A stretch of 64,000 nucleotides of DNA from Eledone cirrhosa (GCA_964016885.1 OZ024740.1:145762001-145826000), one strand, 5' to 3'; shown: positions 10,812 to 24,508, counted from the first letter of the stretch. Translations and numbers: made by a program. Notes: generated by a model from the sequence alone, not told the origin.

Positions 10812-12798
10812 ATCATCATCATCATCATCATCATCGTTTAACGTCCATATTCCACGCTTGCATGGGTTTGGACGGGGGTTTTCCCACTTGAGGCAAGAGT
10901 GCTTGTCTTGCTCGCATAGGACTGTCTGGCGGGTTTTCTACGGCTGGATGCCCTTCCTAACACCAACCACATTTACAGTGTGGGTCTGGGAGGTTTTTAC
11001 CGTGTTGCCTACACGGCCACATTACAGCGTGGACTGTGTGTTTTTTTGTCGTGACACCTACACGACCTCATTTGTTTCGGGCTAGATGTTGTGACAACAT
11101 AACTTTACATTGAAAGGGGTGGTGCGGATGGGGTGGGGGTAGTGGGATGGGGTGTATTTTGTTAGAGGTGCCTACTGACTCTAGTAGGTTTCACTTTGTA
11201 CTTAGGTAAGGCGGGTCTTCTCTATTACTGTGTAGCGCCAAAGCTCTTGGTCCAGTGACATTGTCTTGGAGAGGTGTAAGTGTGTGAGATCGGAATTTAT
11301 TAAGTCGTCCCAGGTTTTTCTGGGTCTGCCTACTCCGTGGCTACCGTCTATTTTTATTGCCCTGCACTTTTTTATACAGCTGTCGTCTTTCATGCGCATC
11401 ACGTGACCATACCAACGTAGTTTTCTCTCGAGTAAACAACATCTGATCCCTCTTATTTCTAATTTCTCCCTTAGTACGTTTATGCTTTGCCGTTCACGTA
11501 TATTACTATTACACATCCAGCAGAGCATGGAAGCTTCGTTTCTCTCTAGTCTGCGTATATCCTCTGCACACAATGCCCAGGTCTCACTGCCATGTAACAT
11601 TGCTGTTCGTATGCAGGCATCATACAGCCTGCCTTTCATTTTTAGAGAGAACCCTTTAGCGGCCAATAGTGATATAAGCTCTCTGAACTTTTTCCATCCC
11701 GTTCTGACCCTAGCTACTGTACTTTCAGAGCACCCTCCCCCACTGCTGATTTTATCACCCAGGTAACGGAAGCTGTCCACTATTTCTATAGAACCATCTG
11801 TGCAATGGAATGAGTTAGTATTCTGTGGGCACTTGCTGCTACTTATTGCACCAGCCACATATAAAATCTATATTCTTAGATAGTTTACCTGTGATCCTAC
11901 TACATTTTTTATGCACCCATACTTTGCATTTGGGACATAAAATAGAGTTTCTACCTACTCCTTTCCTACACACTGAGCATGGCTATTTCCCAGACCGGTG
12001 CCCTATTTTCCTTCATTCAAACTAGAACTTTAGTCTCAGACAAGTTAACTTTAAGGCCTTTTGATTCTAGGCCATGCTTCCATGTTTGGAATTTCTTCTC
12101 TAGTTCAGCCATTGATTCAGCTATGAGCGTTAGATCATCTGCATATAGGAGTTCCCATGGGCAGCCGGTCTTGAACTCCTCTGTTATAGCCTGAAGGGCA
12201 ATAATAAATAGTAGGGGGCAAAGGACAGAGCCCTGATGAATACCAACTTTTACGCTAAACTCTTCACTATATTCGTTGTTAATTCTAACCTTGCTGACTG
12301 TTTCTTTATACATGGCTTGTATAGCTCTCACAAGCCATTCATCAACACCTAGATTTCTAAGGGCCCACCAGATAATCGAGCAGGGTACTCTGTCAAAGGC
12401 TTTCTCCAAGTCAACAAAAGCTAAGTATAGGGGTTTACTTTTAGCTAGGTACTTCTCCTGTAGTTGTCGTCCAATGAAAAGAGCGTCTGTGGTACTTTTA
12501 CCTGACACAAACCCGAACTGCATTTCGTCTAGATCAATTCGCTCTCTGATTAGTTGCGCTATTACTTTTTCTGTGACCTACATGACCTGGTCAATTAATT
12601 TAATGCCTCTATAGTTTCCCCTATCTAGGGCATCACCTTTACCCTTGTAGCAGTTAATGATGATGCTGCGCCAGTCCTTCGGAACGACTCCATTCTGTAC
12701 GACTTGGTTTACTATCCAGGTGACCATAGTGTGTCCCACCGTTCCAGATGCTTTCAGCATTCTGGCAACTATTTCCGAAGGCCCGGCCGCCTTGCCCG
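10812..12798 (-). mobile_element. RTE (PHD family) 5'-truncated, frameshifted copy
   Basis: ORFs 11202..11858, 12017..12523 and 12578..12760 are nearly identical in peptide to the 928-aa ORF; same UTR and tail. Confidence 0.95.
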
Positions 12799-13493
12799 AT
12801 ATTGTTATATTTAGGAATGGTCATGTTGCCAGTATTATCAATAAAAAGAAACACACACACCATATGATTTTCACTTTATTGTCTTTATTGCTCAATATTC
12901 ATTCGTTTGTCAAAGTTCTTTTGACATGCATTCTGTGATCTGGAATATGTTAGACAGCGCTGGCCGTCAGCCTTTCAATTCATAGCTAGGCTTTCAAAAT
13001 GTTTATTTATTGAACATACTGTATATCTTTAGATATACAAAATTCACATACTTGTATGTATACAGCTATCCTGAAGCTAACTTTTAATTCTACTTTTAAG
13101 TTGAGCCAACTTATACAGCTTCATATGCAAATGAGGCTAATCAGCCCACCTACACAGGCGAAAAAACTATCACTCTACACACACACACTCTTAAACTTAT
13201 ATATACACATACATATCCTCATAGCTTCATACAAACAACAAACACACACTCTTGCACACTTACACACCTACATATCCACTCTATATACAAAACAATTTTT
13301 TTTATTCAGCACAGACACCTTCAATCACTGCCCTTTAAAACACAGCCAACTGAACTTCTTACGTACAACACTGTATTCAACAATTTATGGTGACCTGAAT
13401 AGACCTGCCTTTTCACAAAAGTTTTTTTTTATTTCTGACACAGTTCACTGTCCTGCCTCTTTCTATTTCTTCTTTAATTTGTCATTCAGTCTA

Positions 13494-13531
13494 TTTTCTG
13501 ATGAAGGACTAGCATCCGAAACGTGAAGACT
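13494..13531 (+). ncRNA. Minimal hammerhead-ribozyme-like motif in a Penelope/retrozyme-type repeat
   Basis: CTGATGA-A-GGA(CTAGCA)TCC-GAAAC-GT-G-AAGAC; degenerate sister copies at 14331-14365 and 45486-45523 share flanks. Confidence 0.6.
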
Positions 13532-14473
13532 CTTTTCCTATAATATCAAGCATAAAACTAATATATTTCTTCATTGTACTGTGTTGTTTGCTTTGTTATT
13601 TCTGTTTTCCTTTTGCATATATATATATATACCCACTTGCATGTATATGTATGTGGATGTTATGTTGTCTAGTCATTTTTTCCATACCTGCAACATTAAA
13701 TAATAATTTTTTTAACACTAATAAGACTGAAAACAATTGCCTATCTGCAATGTTAAGTGCTATAACTTCAGCAAACCACTCCACTCATACTGACTTAAAA
13801 CTTTCTTATCACTTGTAATTTCCTGTCTCTTCTGTTATCTTTTTATGCTATTTCATTGGAATTTGAAAACCAAGTTACTGCTTCTAAATAAATGTTTCTG
13901 TTTTATGCTATCATCTCATAACAACTTTAGAAATGATGCATTTGAAATAACTTTAACAATGTCATTTGAAAAGAAAAGATATACATGCGCTCATATAGTG
14001 TGTCTTATATTTTTTTTAAATTGTTATATATTTATTTTATATTGCATTGGTGTATAATATCATTGATTAAAGGCTTGGGCCAATCATTGGTTCATTGAAT
14101 TTCTGAATGGGAGAGTGACAAAGGAATGTTTATAATTTGGTGCAGAACAAATATTGCTAGGGATTTTCGATTTTTTTTCAACGTTTCCATCATTCACCAA
14201 TATATATCAGTGAAAGTAATACTCATACTATATATAAATATCTTTTTCTCTGTTTTCTAATTTTTTTTTTGTTCTTGTCTTTCTCTCTCTTCTTTCTCCT
14301 AAACATCCTCCCTTCTTTATGAGTTTAACTGTCCAATAAAGGACTAGCATCTGAAGTGTCAAGTCATTTTTATGGCTTCTTTTAAGTGTTAAACTAATAT
14401 ATTATTGTAATGTAATGCATCATTATCTGATACTGCTTTTTATTTCATGCTTTTGATTTGTATTATATATGCA

Positions 14474-14543
14474 ATAACAAAAGCCAAACTTGTGCTTATA
14501 CATAAAATAATTTATGTATAAGCACAAGTTTGGCTTTTGTTAT
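14474..14543. repeat. Perfect inverted repeat, 33-bp arms, 4-nt loop
   Basis: ATAACAAAAGCCAAACTTGTGCTTATACATAAA-ataa-exact reverse complement. Confidence 0.95.
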
Positions 14544-16499
14544 GGCTTTCAGGCCTTGTCATTGTTAAGCGGATTTCATTTTCAATTGTATAAAATGCAA
14601 ACTTTCATCACAGGTCACAGTTCAATCAACAATTGGGTCTTTCTTTTATGCAAATTAACTACTTAGATTTTTTAATCTATGTGAAACTTCTTTGCTTTTT
14701 TCAATTTACTTTAGGTAATATGAAATTGTTACCAAACACCAAACATGTACCTGTCTGCTGGGGCCATGAGGTGGCATATGCCCAGGATTCATCATTTTGC
14801 AGAAGCAGAGTGAATGAACATGAACAGGGGATGATAATCTTTTGTCAGTTGGTTTGTGTCGTTACCATTGGCTACAATATAGATTCATGCATACACAAGA
14901 TGCAGCACCAATCATTACTCTGATATTGCCACTTGATTCACAACAGTTTGATTATGGACATTTCATAAACTCAAATGAAACAAGTGCACATATAAAAACA
15001 TTGAACTTGTATGGATGTGGAGAAAAATAGAAAAAATCCCACCAATTTAATTTGTTTGTTAAGTAACATCTTACAATATTTACAGTGTTATTATTTATTA
15101 GTATTAACATGCCTGAGGTAATGAGCCAAAACCTTTGATAAAATTGACTAAAAATTAAATAGGGAATGCAATCTAGATGAGTTTGCTCGTTAGCAAGTAG
15201 ACTGATATGTTTTGATTTAATAAAGCATAATTTTATCTCTTTTATCAAGGTTTATCCTTGTTTTTGTATAAATTACTTGAAGTTTATCTAGCACAGTAAA
15301 TTTTCCAAATGCCTCCTCTGTTTCAAAACCTTCATAATTTCATCATTTGGATGAAGTGATGCTAGTGTATAGCAGCCTATTTATAGTAAGCAGGACCAAT
15401 ATGATTGGTGTAGGCATTATAACTACAATTTGTATTTTTTACTGTTAAATGTAAACATTAAAATTGGGTGGTTATTTTTTTTTTTTTTTTTTGTGAGGAT
15501 ATATGTTATCTGTGTTTATTTAGCATTGTGCTATGGCAAATATTGCTTCCATCATTAATAATCTATTTTTGTAGGAAATTCCATACAATACAGATATATT
15601 TATAGCAATCACATTCGGGCCTTCATATAACAGTTGACATGTATTTCATTATTGTCTCACGTTTTATTTCAACCAATTATTGGCCAGTAATCTGGTGGCC
15701 ATTTTGAAGATATAAGATGAAACTCAAAAGAATTTTCTTTTTAATTCATTTGTTTGACACCAGACATATTGAGCAACTAAACTTCCCAGTCTATTCCCCA
15801 GACACTTAGAAAGCAACAGAATCAATTCTCTTTCAGCTGTCTCAAAACATGTGACACATTAAGTTGAATGAGAAATCTTTTGGTGATGTCTTTTTCTACC
15901 AGTTTGGAAACATGTATGTTAACTTCTTTTTCTTCAATTTTGGTGCCATAATCCAATACCACACGTGTCACTCAAATAAAATGTTAACAACATTGGTCTG
16001 CTCTTATCTGGCTGGTAACATGCTCTAAACAAAGGAATTACAAAATTGCCTTATCTCGTACCTCCAAGTCAATTTAACATTTTCCCTACAATAAAAATTA
16101 TTCAATTGACACTGTAAAACATAAAAATATACATGTACATAAAAATATACATAAAAATATACATGCACCAAACATTATGGACTCCTAAATTTTTTAATGA
16201 TATTGTGTAACTAAATTTATATTGTATTTTTAATCCTTTCATATATATATTTCTCATGACATTAATTAATTAATGAAGAATTTGGAGAGATTTACTAAAA
16301 TTATTGATTATTTCATTATCAAGATAGTATTTCTAACATAACAAAAGGTTTTTACACAAAAGTATGTTGGAAAGTTGAAATTTAAATAGGAACCCTTTAA
16401 AATAGGTGGTTTGTTTCATAGAACCAGAGTTGATTTGTACTATTGAATTGTTGCACCAACAAGCCTGGGAGATATCTATTTTCTGTTAGTATGAGGGAA

Positions 16500-16730
16500 A
16501 TCCTAAATTACTGGGAACTATGAAATAACTATTTTTTCCAGCCTGTGGTGTTCGAAATGTCTGGTGGAGCTGGGCTGCTGACAGTGAAGTTCTTGTCATT
16601 GTTGGAGGCTCACCTTACTGAGGTGTCAGGTGATGCCCATGAGTATGCCTGGTTGTTTCAGCGCCTTAGCTTTGCCATCACCCACAGTAATGCTGCGAGC
16701 ATGTTGACTTGCCTCAAAATTTTCTGTTGA
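16500..16730 (+). mobile_element. CRE-like non-LTR retrotransposon C-terminal fragment
   Basis: FFQPVVFEMSGGAG...WLFQRLSFAITHSNAASML resembles the P-x-A-x-E-T-x-G ... QR-x-S-x-A-I-x-RGNAAS terminus of CRE-clade RLE elements. Confidence 0.65.
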
Positions 16731-18826
16731 CCCTTATGGTGTGCAACCGATTGTCGGACTTGGTGGTAAATTGAGGGTTGTTTTTGTTTGTTTGCTTTTT
16801 CTTTCCTTTTCTTTTTCCCTTGTTTTGATCATATATTTTTGTGCATATTTGTGAGGTTCCTAGCAATAATTAATTGTATTTATTTATTATGTGTCTTAAA
16901 AAAATGTAGGAAATAAAGGCAGAATGATATATAAATCATTGTTATTCTTATAACTGTGAACATTCTTTTATTTTCCTACATGTGGTTTACAAATATTTTT
17001 TTATTTGGTTTTGTATAATCAAAATTGTAAATCCCATTAGTCATAAATAACATGTTTACATATTTACATGCTTGTAGCTTATTGACAAAAAGGGTTTTAA
17101 TTTTAGTATTTTTGTAATATATTATTGCTGTAAGTTTATTGCGTTGTTTTGTTTTGTTGTTTTTTGAGTTTTTTGATAGTGTGTTCATCTATTCTATAGT
17201 TAATATACATCTGATTAAGATAATACACCTGATGTGCAATTTGGGTGTTGTAGTTGACTGTACCCCTCTATATGTGTATATATATTACAGCAATGGGCTG
17301 TGACTATGTCTTTTGCAGGCTCTCTAGGACTGATGACATCAAATATAGTTCACTTCAACAGTTCAGAAACATTATAGTTCATTCAACATGCAAAGGAAAT
17401 ATAGTACTGTTTCATTTTTGAATAATCACAAATCTAAAGATCAGTCTCTTTAGGCTACCTGACGACCTCATTGTACAAGCCAAGAGAAATTCCATAGTTG
17501 TTTGAGCTACTTGAAATAACAGCCAAATCTACTCCAAATTCTACTTTTCCATCTTGAGTAAAGAAAGGACATAAAAATCATTTAGCCCTAAATAGAAGGA
17601 AGGGTTACGACTGGAATACATTTGATTATAATGTGTGCTCTATCAAGTTGACCGGGGCTAAACAACAATAGATTGACTTGAAAGCTCACATATTTCACAA
17701 AACAATATCTAACATTAATTTATTAGAGAACGGAAGTATACAATAATGAATATTAATTTTTTTTTTTATAATAAACAGGGAGAGAAAAAATGGAGGGCAT
17801 TGAATAATGTAAAAGTGGGAAGGGTGTAACTCTACGCCAGCCATGGGCAAACTGTGACCTGTTTGGCTTTCTCAATGGCACGCCTAATTTCAAAATAGCC
17901 TTGAACTCTTTAGTAGTATGGCTCGCCTTATGATGAACCATATCCTAAGCCTGAAGGCTGGGCGATTCCACAAAACTGCCCCATAAAAATTAGTTTTCAT
18001 TTTATGAGCTAGAAAATAGTTGAGTCATGGACAGCTGATAACTGTTTACAAAAGCCTAGAACGCTCTGAAAGGTACATCTACTGTGACACACGCGAACCG
18101 TCTTAAAATAAAGAACTCGTTTAGTGATGTGGTCCTTGGGTCCTTGAAAATAGAAAAAAGACGAGATGTTCATGAATAGTCATCATGTTTTCTTGTTCAG
18201 GGCTGACCTGAAGGTAAACAACCTTTGTCTATGCGAAGGAGAAACCATTGTCTCCTCGTTGATACTATAGTTATCTTTTCTTCGAATGCTTAAAAAATCT
18301 CTGCTATGTTATCTATACACAAACCTGTTTGATGCACCGCAGCGATTCCTACTGACATTATTTGTTCAAATACCAGTAATGCACTGAGTATTTGCTGGCC
18401 TTGTGCCTAACCTAGAAACAATTATTTGTTCAAATCCGTCGAGGTTAACTTTGCCTTTCATCCTTACCCAGTCGATAAAATAAAGTACCAGTAATACACT
18501 GGGATAATTGCTGGCCTTGTGCCAAAAGTAGAAACAATTATTTCAGATAGACTTCGTGCTAAATTTTTTTCGCAGAGCCTCTTCCCTCCTCCCTCCTCTC
18601 ATGTTTCTTTTTAACAATTAAAAAAAATTAAATTTAACATTAACTGCATGAACCATGACCCAATATACCTTAACTATAAAGTGACATGACTACTGCTACT
18701 CTTCAGATGAAAGGGTAAAAGAAAATATTAACTTTAGAAAAATTGAAATAATATATTCAAAAGAAACTAAAACATTTAATACGAACACTCAGATAGTATC
18801 TTGTTTGGATCATAATTTGTGATATA

Positions 18827-19372
18827 GGGGCGGAAGTGTCAATCGACACGGGTTTCAATACATTTATAGATCATTCGCAAAGTTGATGAATCGGTTTCAA
18901 TTTATGGTTGTCGTCACTTAAGGTTGCTACTCTTGAAGAAAGCATGAACGTCAGTCTCACTTTTCTTCGGCAATAAATCTGAGACTTTGTATAGAAAACA
19001 ACGTTCCTGAGAGTGTTTGTGAGAAAGACGAACTAATAAGACAACGAACAAAGAGTGTGTTAGTGTATGCGAGAGAAAGAGAGCAAAAGGTGTTTTAATG
19101 TATGTGTGATAGATAGAAAGAAAGAAATAGCGATAAACAAAGAGGCTAAAAGAAAATAGACAGAGAGATAGAAAGTCACACAGAGAAATAACAAATGAGA
19201 GAGGCAATCACCATTTCACCAGATTTGAGAATTACCTCCCTTTAGTTGTCAGTCGACATCATGGCGTCGCAGGCATTTGATGAATTTATGACTAATGTAA
19301 CAGTGCTTCTCTTTTTTACCTGATCTACAATTGAATTAATTTTCTCTATACAGACTGAATTCATATTTATAG
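18827..19372 (+). promoter_or_regulatory. Probable VPS18 promoter and non-coding first exon
   Basis: Locally CpG-richer; overlapping GC-box/ETS site GGGGCGGAAGTG (18827-18838); YY1-like CATGGCG at 19260; candidate donors GTAACA (19297) and AG|GTAACG (19373). The VPS18 ATG exon is preceded by an acceptor, so an upstream exon is expected. Confidence 0.5.
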
Positions 19373-20589
19373 GTAACGCTCTTATTTTGTTTAGCATTTC
19401 CGTTTTTTTTAAACAATTGATATTGATATGAAAACATACGCATATTCTCTAGTAGGCGTTTACATGTTTTGTTTTGGCAGTCTTCATGGTTTTATTGACT
19501 TCAACTATGTCCGTGATCCCTTTATTTACTTATTTCTATATATTCTGTTCACTCGGTAAAATTACTAAAAAAGCAAAACAAAACTCTATTTAGAATTGCA
19601 TTTTGTTTCTACACTACTCGTGTTGTTGTTCGGCCCTGGTTGCGTATACCTATGATCAAAGACATTCCAGTTGTGACCATCGTGTCTTTTATTTAGACAT
19701 GAGTGCATCTTGAACTACATTATTCTAATGTGTCCTTAAACGCAGTAAAGTGTAATTTGAGGGAGGTTTCTTTGCTATTTCTAACACGACAAACGACGGC
19801 GTTAAGGCTCCATCGGCGTCTCGTGTACAGTAAATTGTTTATGTGTAAGTGTATTTGCTTCGAAATTTGCCTTAAGAGAAATAAATTTAAAATCCTAATT
19901 GTTATCGCGTTAAATTCTTCTTTTTTTTTAATTAGATTAATAAACCGTTTAAATACCATAATAAGGATAGGTCTCTTACCAACATCCGCTTTGAAGTATT
20001 TCCATAAATATTGCTTTAAGGCTTGTATGGCTATTTCTTCTTTTTTTAATCGTTCTCTTCTATTGAAATACACCTTATTTTTAGTATGTTTCAAACTATT
20101 ATTTAATCTACAATAATGTTGTTGAACTTATCGATTCAAAATATTGTTGGTTTCTTTTAACTAGGCACAAAGCCAATATTATTGAACGTGTAGTCAATTA
20201 ATTTCACTCAGAATATTACTGGTACTTGTTTTATCTAGTGCTAATAAATGAAAGGCAAAGTCAACTCCAGTCCTCGATACATTTGAAGGAGCCAAACTTG
20301 GATAGCATTTCATTGTCTCATGTTTCATGTATTACTATAATATATATATAATCAAAACTCTATTTAATTAATATAAAGAATAATATTAATATGATTTTTA
20401 AATGTACCCTCGTTCCCATGATATTTTCGCACATTCATGCTTCCATTTATTCATGAAGCATGGTATGGTGTTACATATTTTAACATTTTTGCTTTTACCA
20501 AATTGTTTATGGTAGCTCCAGTTACTGGGTCCACAAATTTATATTTTCTTGTGTTCTACCATTCTAAACAAACCACTGCTCATAACTAA

Positions 20590-20850
20590 TGGTCCAACAT
20601 GTTGCTTGCGTTTTAGCGGAACAAAATCCTAAAATACCGTAATCTGTCGGCCAACTACATTTTCCAGCCTGTGGCGTTCGTGACGTTTGGGGGAGTCGGG
20701 CTATTGACTGCGAGATTCCTATCATCATTGGCGGCTCGCCTAACAGAAGTAACTGGTGAAATTCGTGAGGGCGCTTTGCTGTTCCAGCGCATCAGCCTCG
20801 CCATCACCCACCCGAGGTAACGCTGCGAGCGTGCTGGTTTGCCTAAAAAA
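20590..20850 (+). mobile_element. CRE-like fragment, second copy
   Basis: NYIFQPVAFVTFGGVG...LFQRISLAIT..RGNAASVL; homologous to 16500-16730. Confidence 0.65.
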
Positions 20851-21109
20851 TCATTAGAGGTTTCCCAGTGCTCCTCTATCTCTTACTCTGGTAGCGGCTT
20901 GGTTGTCCATCCCTTTCGCCTGCCTTTTGTTGTATGTGGTCCCAGGTGTGTGTATGCTAGCCGCTTGTTTTTTTTTCTTTTCTCTTCCTTTTTTTCCCGG
21001 CTTTCCCTTTCCTTTATATTATATTTGTTTGTGCTTTCGTTCTGTAAGCATTCTATTGTATACATATTAATGAAAACAACCAGTCACTTGATCGATAAAT
21101 AGTCATCAA

Positions 21110-21870
21110 TCTCGATAACATTTCTTCTTCCACTTATTCCTGAGAGGGTCCTGGAGCAGAGTCCTCAAACACTTCTTCCAGCGGGTCCTGTCAGGAGCAA
21201 CCGTCTCCAACTGTTGGCTGGATCCCCAAGCGACACCAGCCAAGCTCATGGATGTTATCCAACCATCTTGCTCGGGGTCTACCCCTGGGTCTCCTATCGG
21301 TTGGTTTTGCTCGTAAAATCTGTCCAGTGATTCTTTCTCTAACCACATGCCCATTCTCTCAATTCGGATAAATAGCGACTCTACCTGGAGTAATTCTCTG
21401 ATCTCCGAGCTATGCACTCCATTGAACAACGTTACTCCAAAGACCCTTCGGAGGAATCCCCATTTCGGCAGCTTGTATTCATGATAGTATTCTTTCGGTC
21501 ATATCCCAAGATTCATTACCATAGATAAGATAGCGAGTTTGACTTTTATACCTACCTCCCATCTGATTACTGAATGCTGAAGCTGGCGTCTTACTGCACC
21601 AGCTCCTGCAATTCTTGCACTTGTCTTGCATTACTCGTGAACACGGCCCCGAGATACTTGAAATTCCCCACCTGTTTCAGTGGAATTCCATTCACATGTA
21701 GAATGCACTGCGCAGGCTTCCTTGAGAGGACGACTGTCTCAGTTTTCGCAGCACTGATTTTCATTTTACCCATACAGCACTCAGCATCAAACCTATCGAG
21801 TGCATGTCGGAGATGTCTTTCAGTCGTGTTAAGCAAACATGTCGTCTGCAAATTCCAGCCTAATGATTTT
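21110..21870 (-). mobile_element. RTE fragment of a third, PHD-less family
   Basis: MKISAAKTETVV...FKYLGAVF and SSEIRELLQVE; related pieces at 53520-54230 (+) and 62770-63190 (-). Confidence 0.75.
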
Positions 21871-24508
21871 ACTTCTCCATATCCTAATTAATTCGATTGG
21901 CAATCAAACATTGTTGTGTTTATCATCATTTTTATGTCTGCATGCCCATATTTCATGGGCTGGACGGGTCCTTTCCAAAGCAGCAGCTCACCACTTGTTG
22001 CGTTTTTAAATTGGGTTTCTATTCAATTACAGCATTACAGATTATGTAAGATCCACTTTAGCTCAACAACTTCCTATCCCCGTGAATAAAATAGGAAAAT
22101 GATTTTAACATTTTTTCTTTTTTTTCTCAATCCAACGAGGATTCTGACGATGTCATAATTAGTATATGAAATCCATCAAAGTTATTTCCCTTTGTGGATA
22201 CTTATTTCCTGGTTAGAAAGAAAAAGATAAGTCCCCCAAACCGCAAATTTGGCGTGGCTGCTCAACCTGCTAGAAATAACAGCTAAATCTAACACAGTTT
22301 TAGCCCTGTATACGCAGTAAGGATTTATTGCGTTGTTTGTATATTACATTTTTGGCGTCATTTTTCTGGCTAGATGCCGTTCCTATCACTAACTACTTGA
22401 CAACGTTGACTGGGTGTATTTTATTATGCCACCAGCACTAGCGAGATTGTTTTTCAGAACTAAAGTGTCTCCTCAATATTGTATCAGTTTTTATTCAGAA
22501 TGATTTCTTTTCTAATCAGGTTACAAAATACAGCTCATCCCCCTGCAACTTTTATACAGAGTTACTGCTCTCATAGATAGGATCTATTTGTAGAGCCCAT
22601 ATCTGCCATATATATATATATATATATATATATTTTCAGTGGCGTATTACTGGGGATGCAGCTGCACTCTCGCACCCCCACCTGCAAAAGACAATTGGTA
22701 AAAATTCTTAAATTTGTTAAATATATTGTATACTTTTCTCATTTATTTTAATTACACAAACCATAAAATATGTACAATACAATAATGAATAAATATGTCA
22801 TAATAACGATTAGTGTGCATGAAATTTGTTGGAAAATTATGAATGTCTGCACCCCCAAAATGATAGGAGCAATACGCATTATATATAATGGACATTCAAG
22901 TCTCACGTCTGCCCTTAAAGTATATGTTCTGATCTCTTCCTTTCTTCATTGCTGAGAGTCAGGGACTATGGACAATAGCACCAATGCTAATCTATATGAA
23001 GCTGTATGTCTATAATTCTCATCAGGAAAAAAGTGACATCAGTCAGTCTCGAATTTTCATTTGACCATTATTCTGAATCTGGCTACCCAACTGCAGCACA
23101 ACTGCTTTCATCACAAACATGAAACCATTGGCCACTTGAAAAGTTGTCACCAAGGTGACTAAGGAGTCCTGTCTACCTTGGTTTTGAAATCAGAGTGATC
23201 TTTCTCCGAGACAAACTGTCAGCAAAAGCTAATGAGCTCTGTCTACTTGTTTTTGTTTTTTTTTTGTTTGTTTTTTTTACACACTGTTGGATGGCTGTTG
23301 ACTCTCCTGAGTTCCTCTGCCATTTCCCTCATCAAATAAACTTGGTGGTATTGTTGGTTTAATCACTGATGTGGCAGGTTGTACTGGGTTACATGTTAGC
23401 AGTAGCACTCAAGAGAGTCCTGACATAACTAAAGTGTATATGCATATGCACACATACACTCTAATTAAGCAATTACAATTAATCTTCACATTTGTTTAAA
23501 TTGTCACATTGAAGCTTATAATATATTTATGTATAATACATGTATGTATGTATATGTACATGCATTTATGTGCATACATACTCTTTTACCTGTTTCAGCC
23601 ATCCGGCTGAGGCCATGCTGGGGCACCGCCCTTGATACATGTATATATTTTAAATGGAATGTTTTAGAATTTCAGTCTTGTCTTTTACCATACATAGCCT
23701 TAGGTTTCTCTAATCATGATGAATTGATGCAAAATGTTTGGAAGCCTGTCAAATGAACTGTAATTATAATTCAAACAGCCACTCTTGTCACACTGAATCT
23801 CCCTGAGAATTATGTTAAAATTACACATCTGTGGAATACCTATCCATTTAAGCGCTAATTTAATTAGTAGGCTGTACCATAGATCAAACAACTATATAAA
23901 TGATACATACATCGTCAAAACTAATGTATGTTCATTTATTATTTCATGTGGTGTGTGTGTATATATATATAAATATAAATTATGTGATGCACCACACCTT
24001 AAAGGATTTTAATCAATCTTATCAACCCCATTGCTTATTTTTTTAAAGTCTGGTACATATGTTATTGATTTCTACTCTTCGAAGTGCTGACTTATGGGAC
24101 ATGAGCTCATGCCGCCAGTTAAGCAGTGTCAACATAAATACAAACACACACTCACACACTCAATGTGTACATGTATATATTTAGAACTTTTTAGTAGCTG
24201 TCCCACCCCAGCACTGTACACCTCCACCTCATCCATGACCCCTATACTATTGCTCCTTAATAGCTATTCTCACCACTGTCATCCTCACCCCATTCATGCC
24301 CACTTCCATTATCACTCTTTAGTAGCTATTCTCAAATCACTGTATTCCCCCACCCCACTAGGGTAGGAAGGGCTCTATATTTGAATCAATGATCGATATC
24401 TAATCTAGTGCTGGTGTCACGAAAAATGCACACATTATGCCCTTTTAAGTGGCTGATGATAGGAGGACATCCCTCGAGAAACCATGCCAAAAGGGGTTGA
24501 GAGGACTC

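Noticed and set aside
13056-13526. 156-aa ORF
   Set aside because: Low-complexity (CA-rich, T-rich) repeat sequence with no recognisable motif
15800-16000. Tudor-like VLDYG peptide on the minus strand
   Set aside because: Flanked by stops and lacking other Tudor motifs; too little to call
19703-20116. Overlapping 137-aa and 124-aa ORFs on opposite strands
   Set aside because: AT-rich biased composition, no motifs or convincing splice context; probably chance
20651-20670. ZNF143/SBS-like motif AACTACATTTTCCAGC near the promoter
   Set aside because: Lies inside the coding remnant of a CRE-like element and has a counterpart at ~16527
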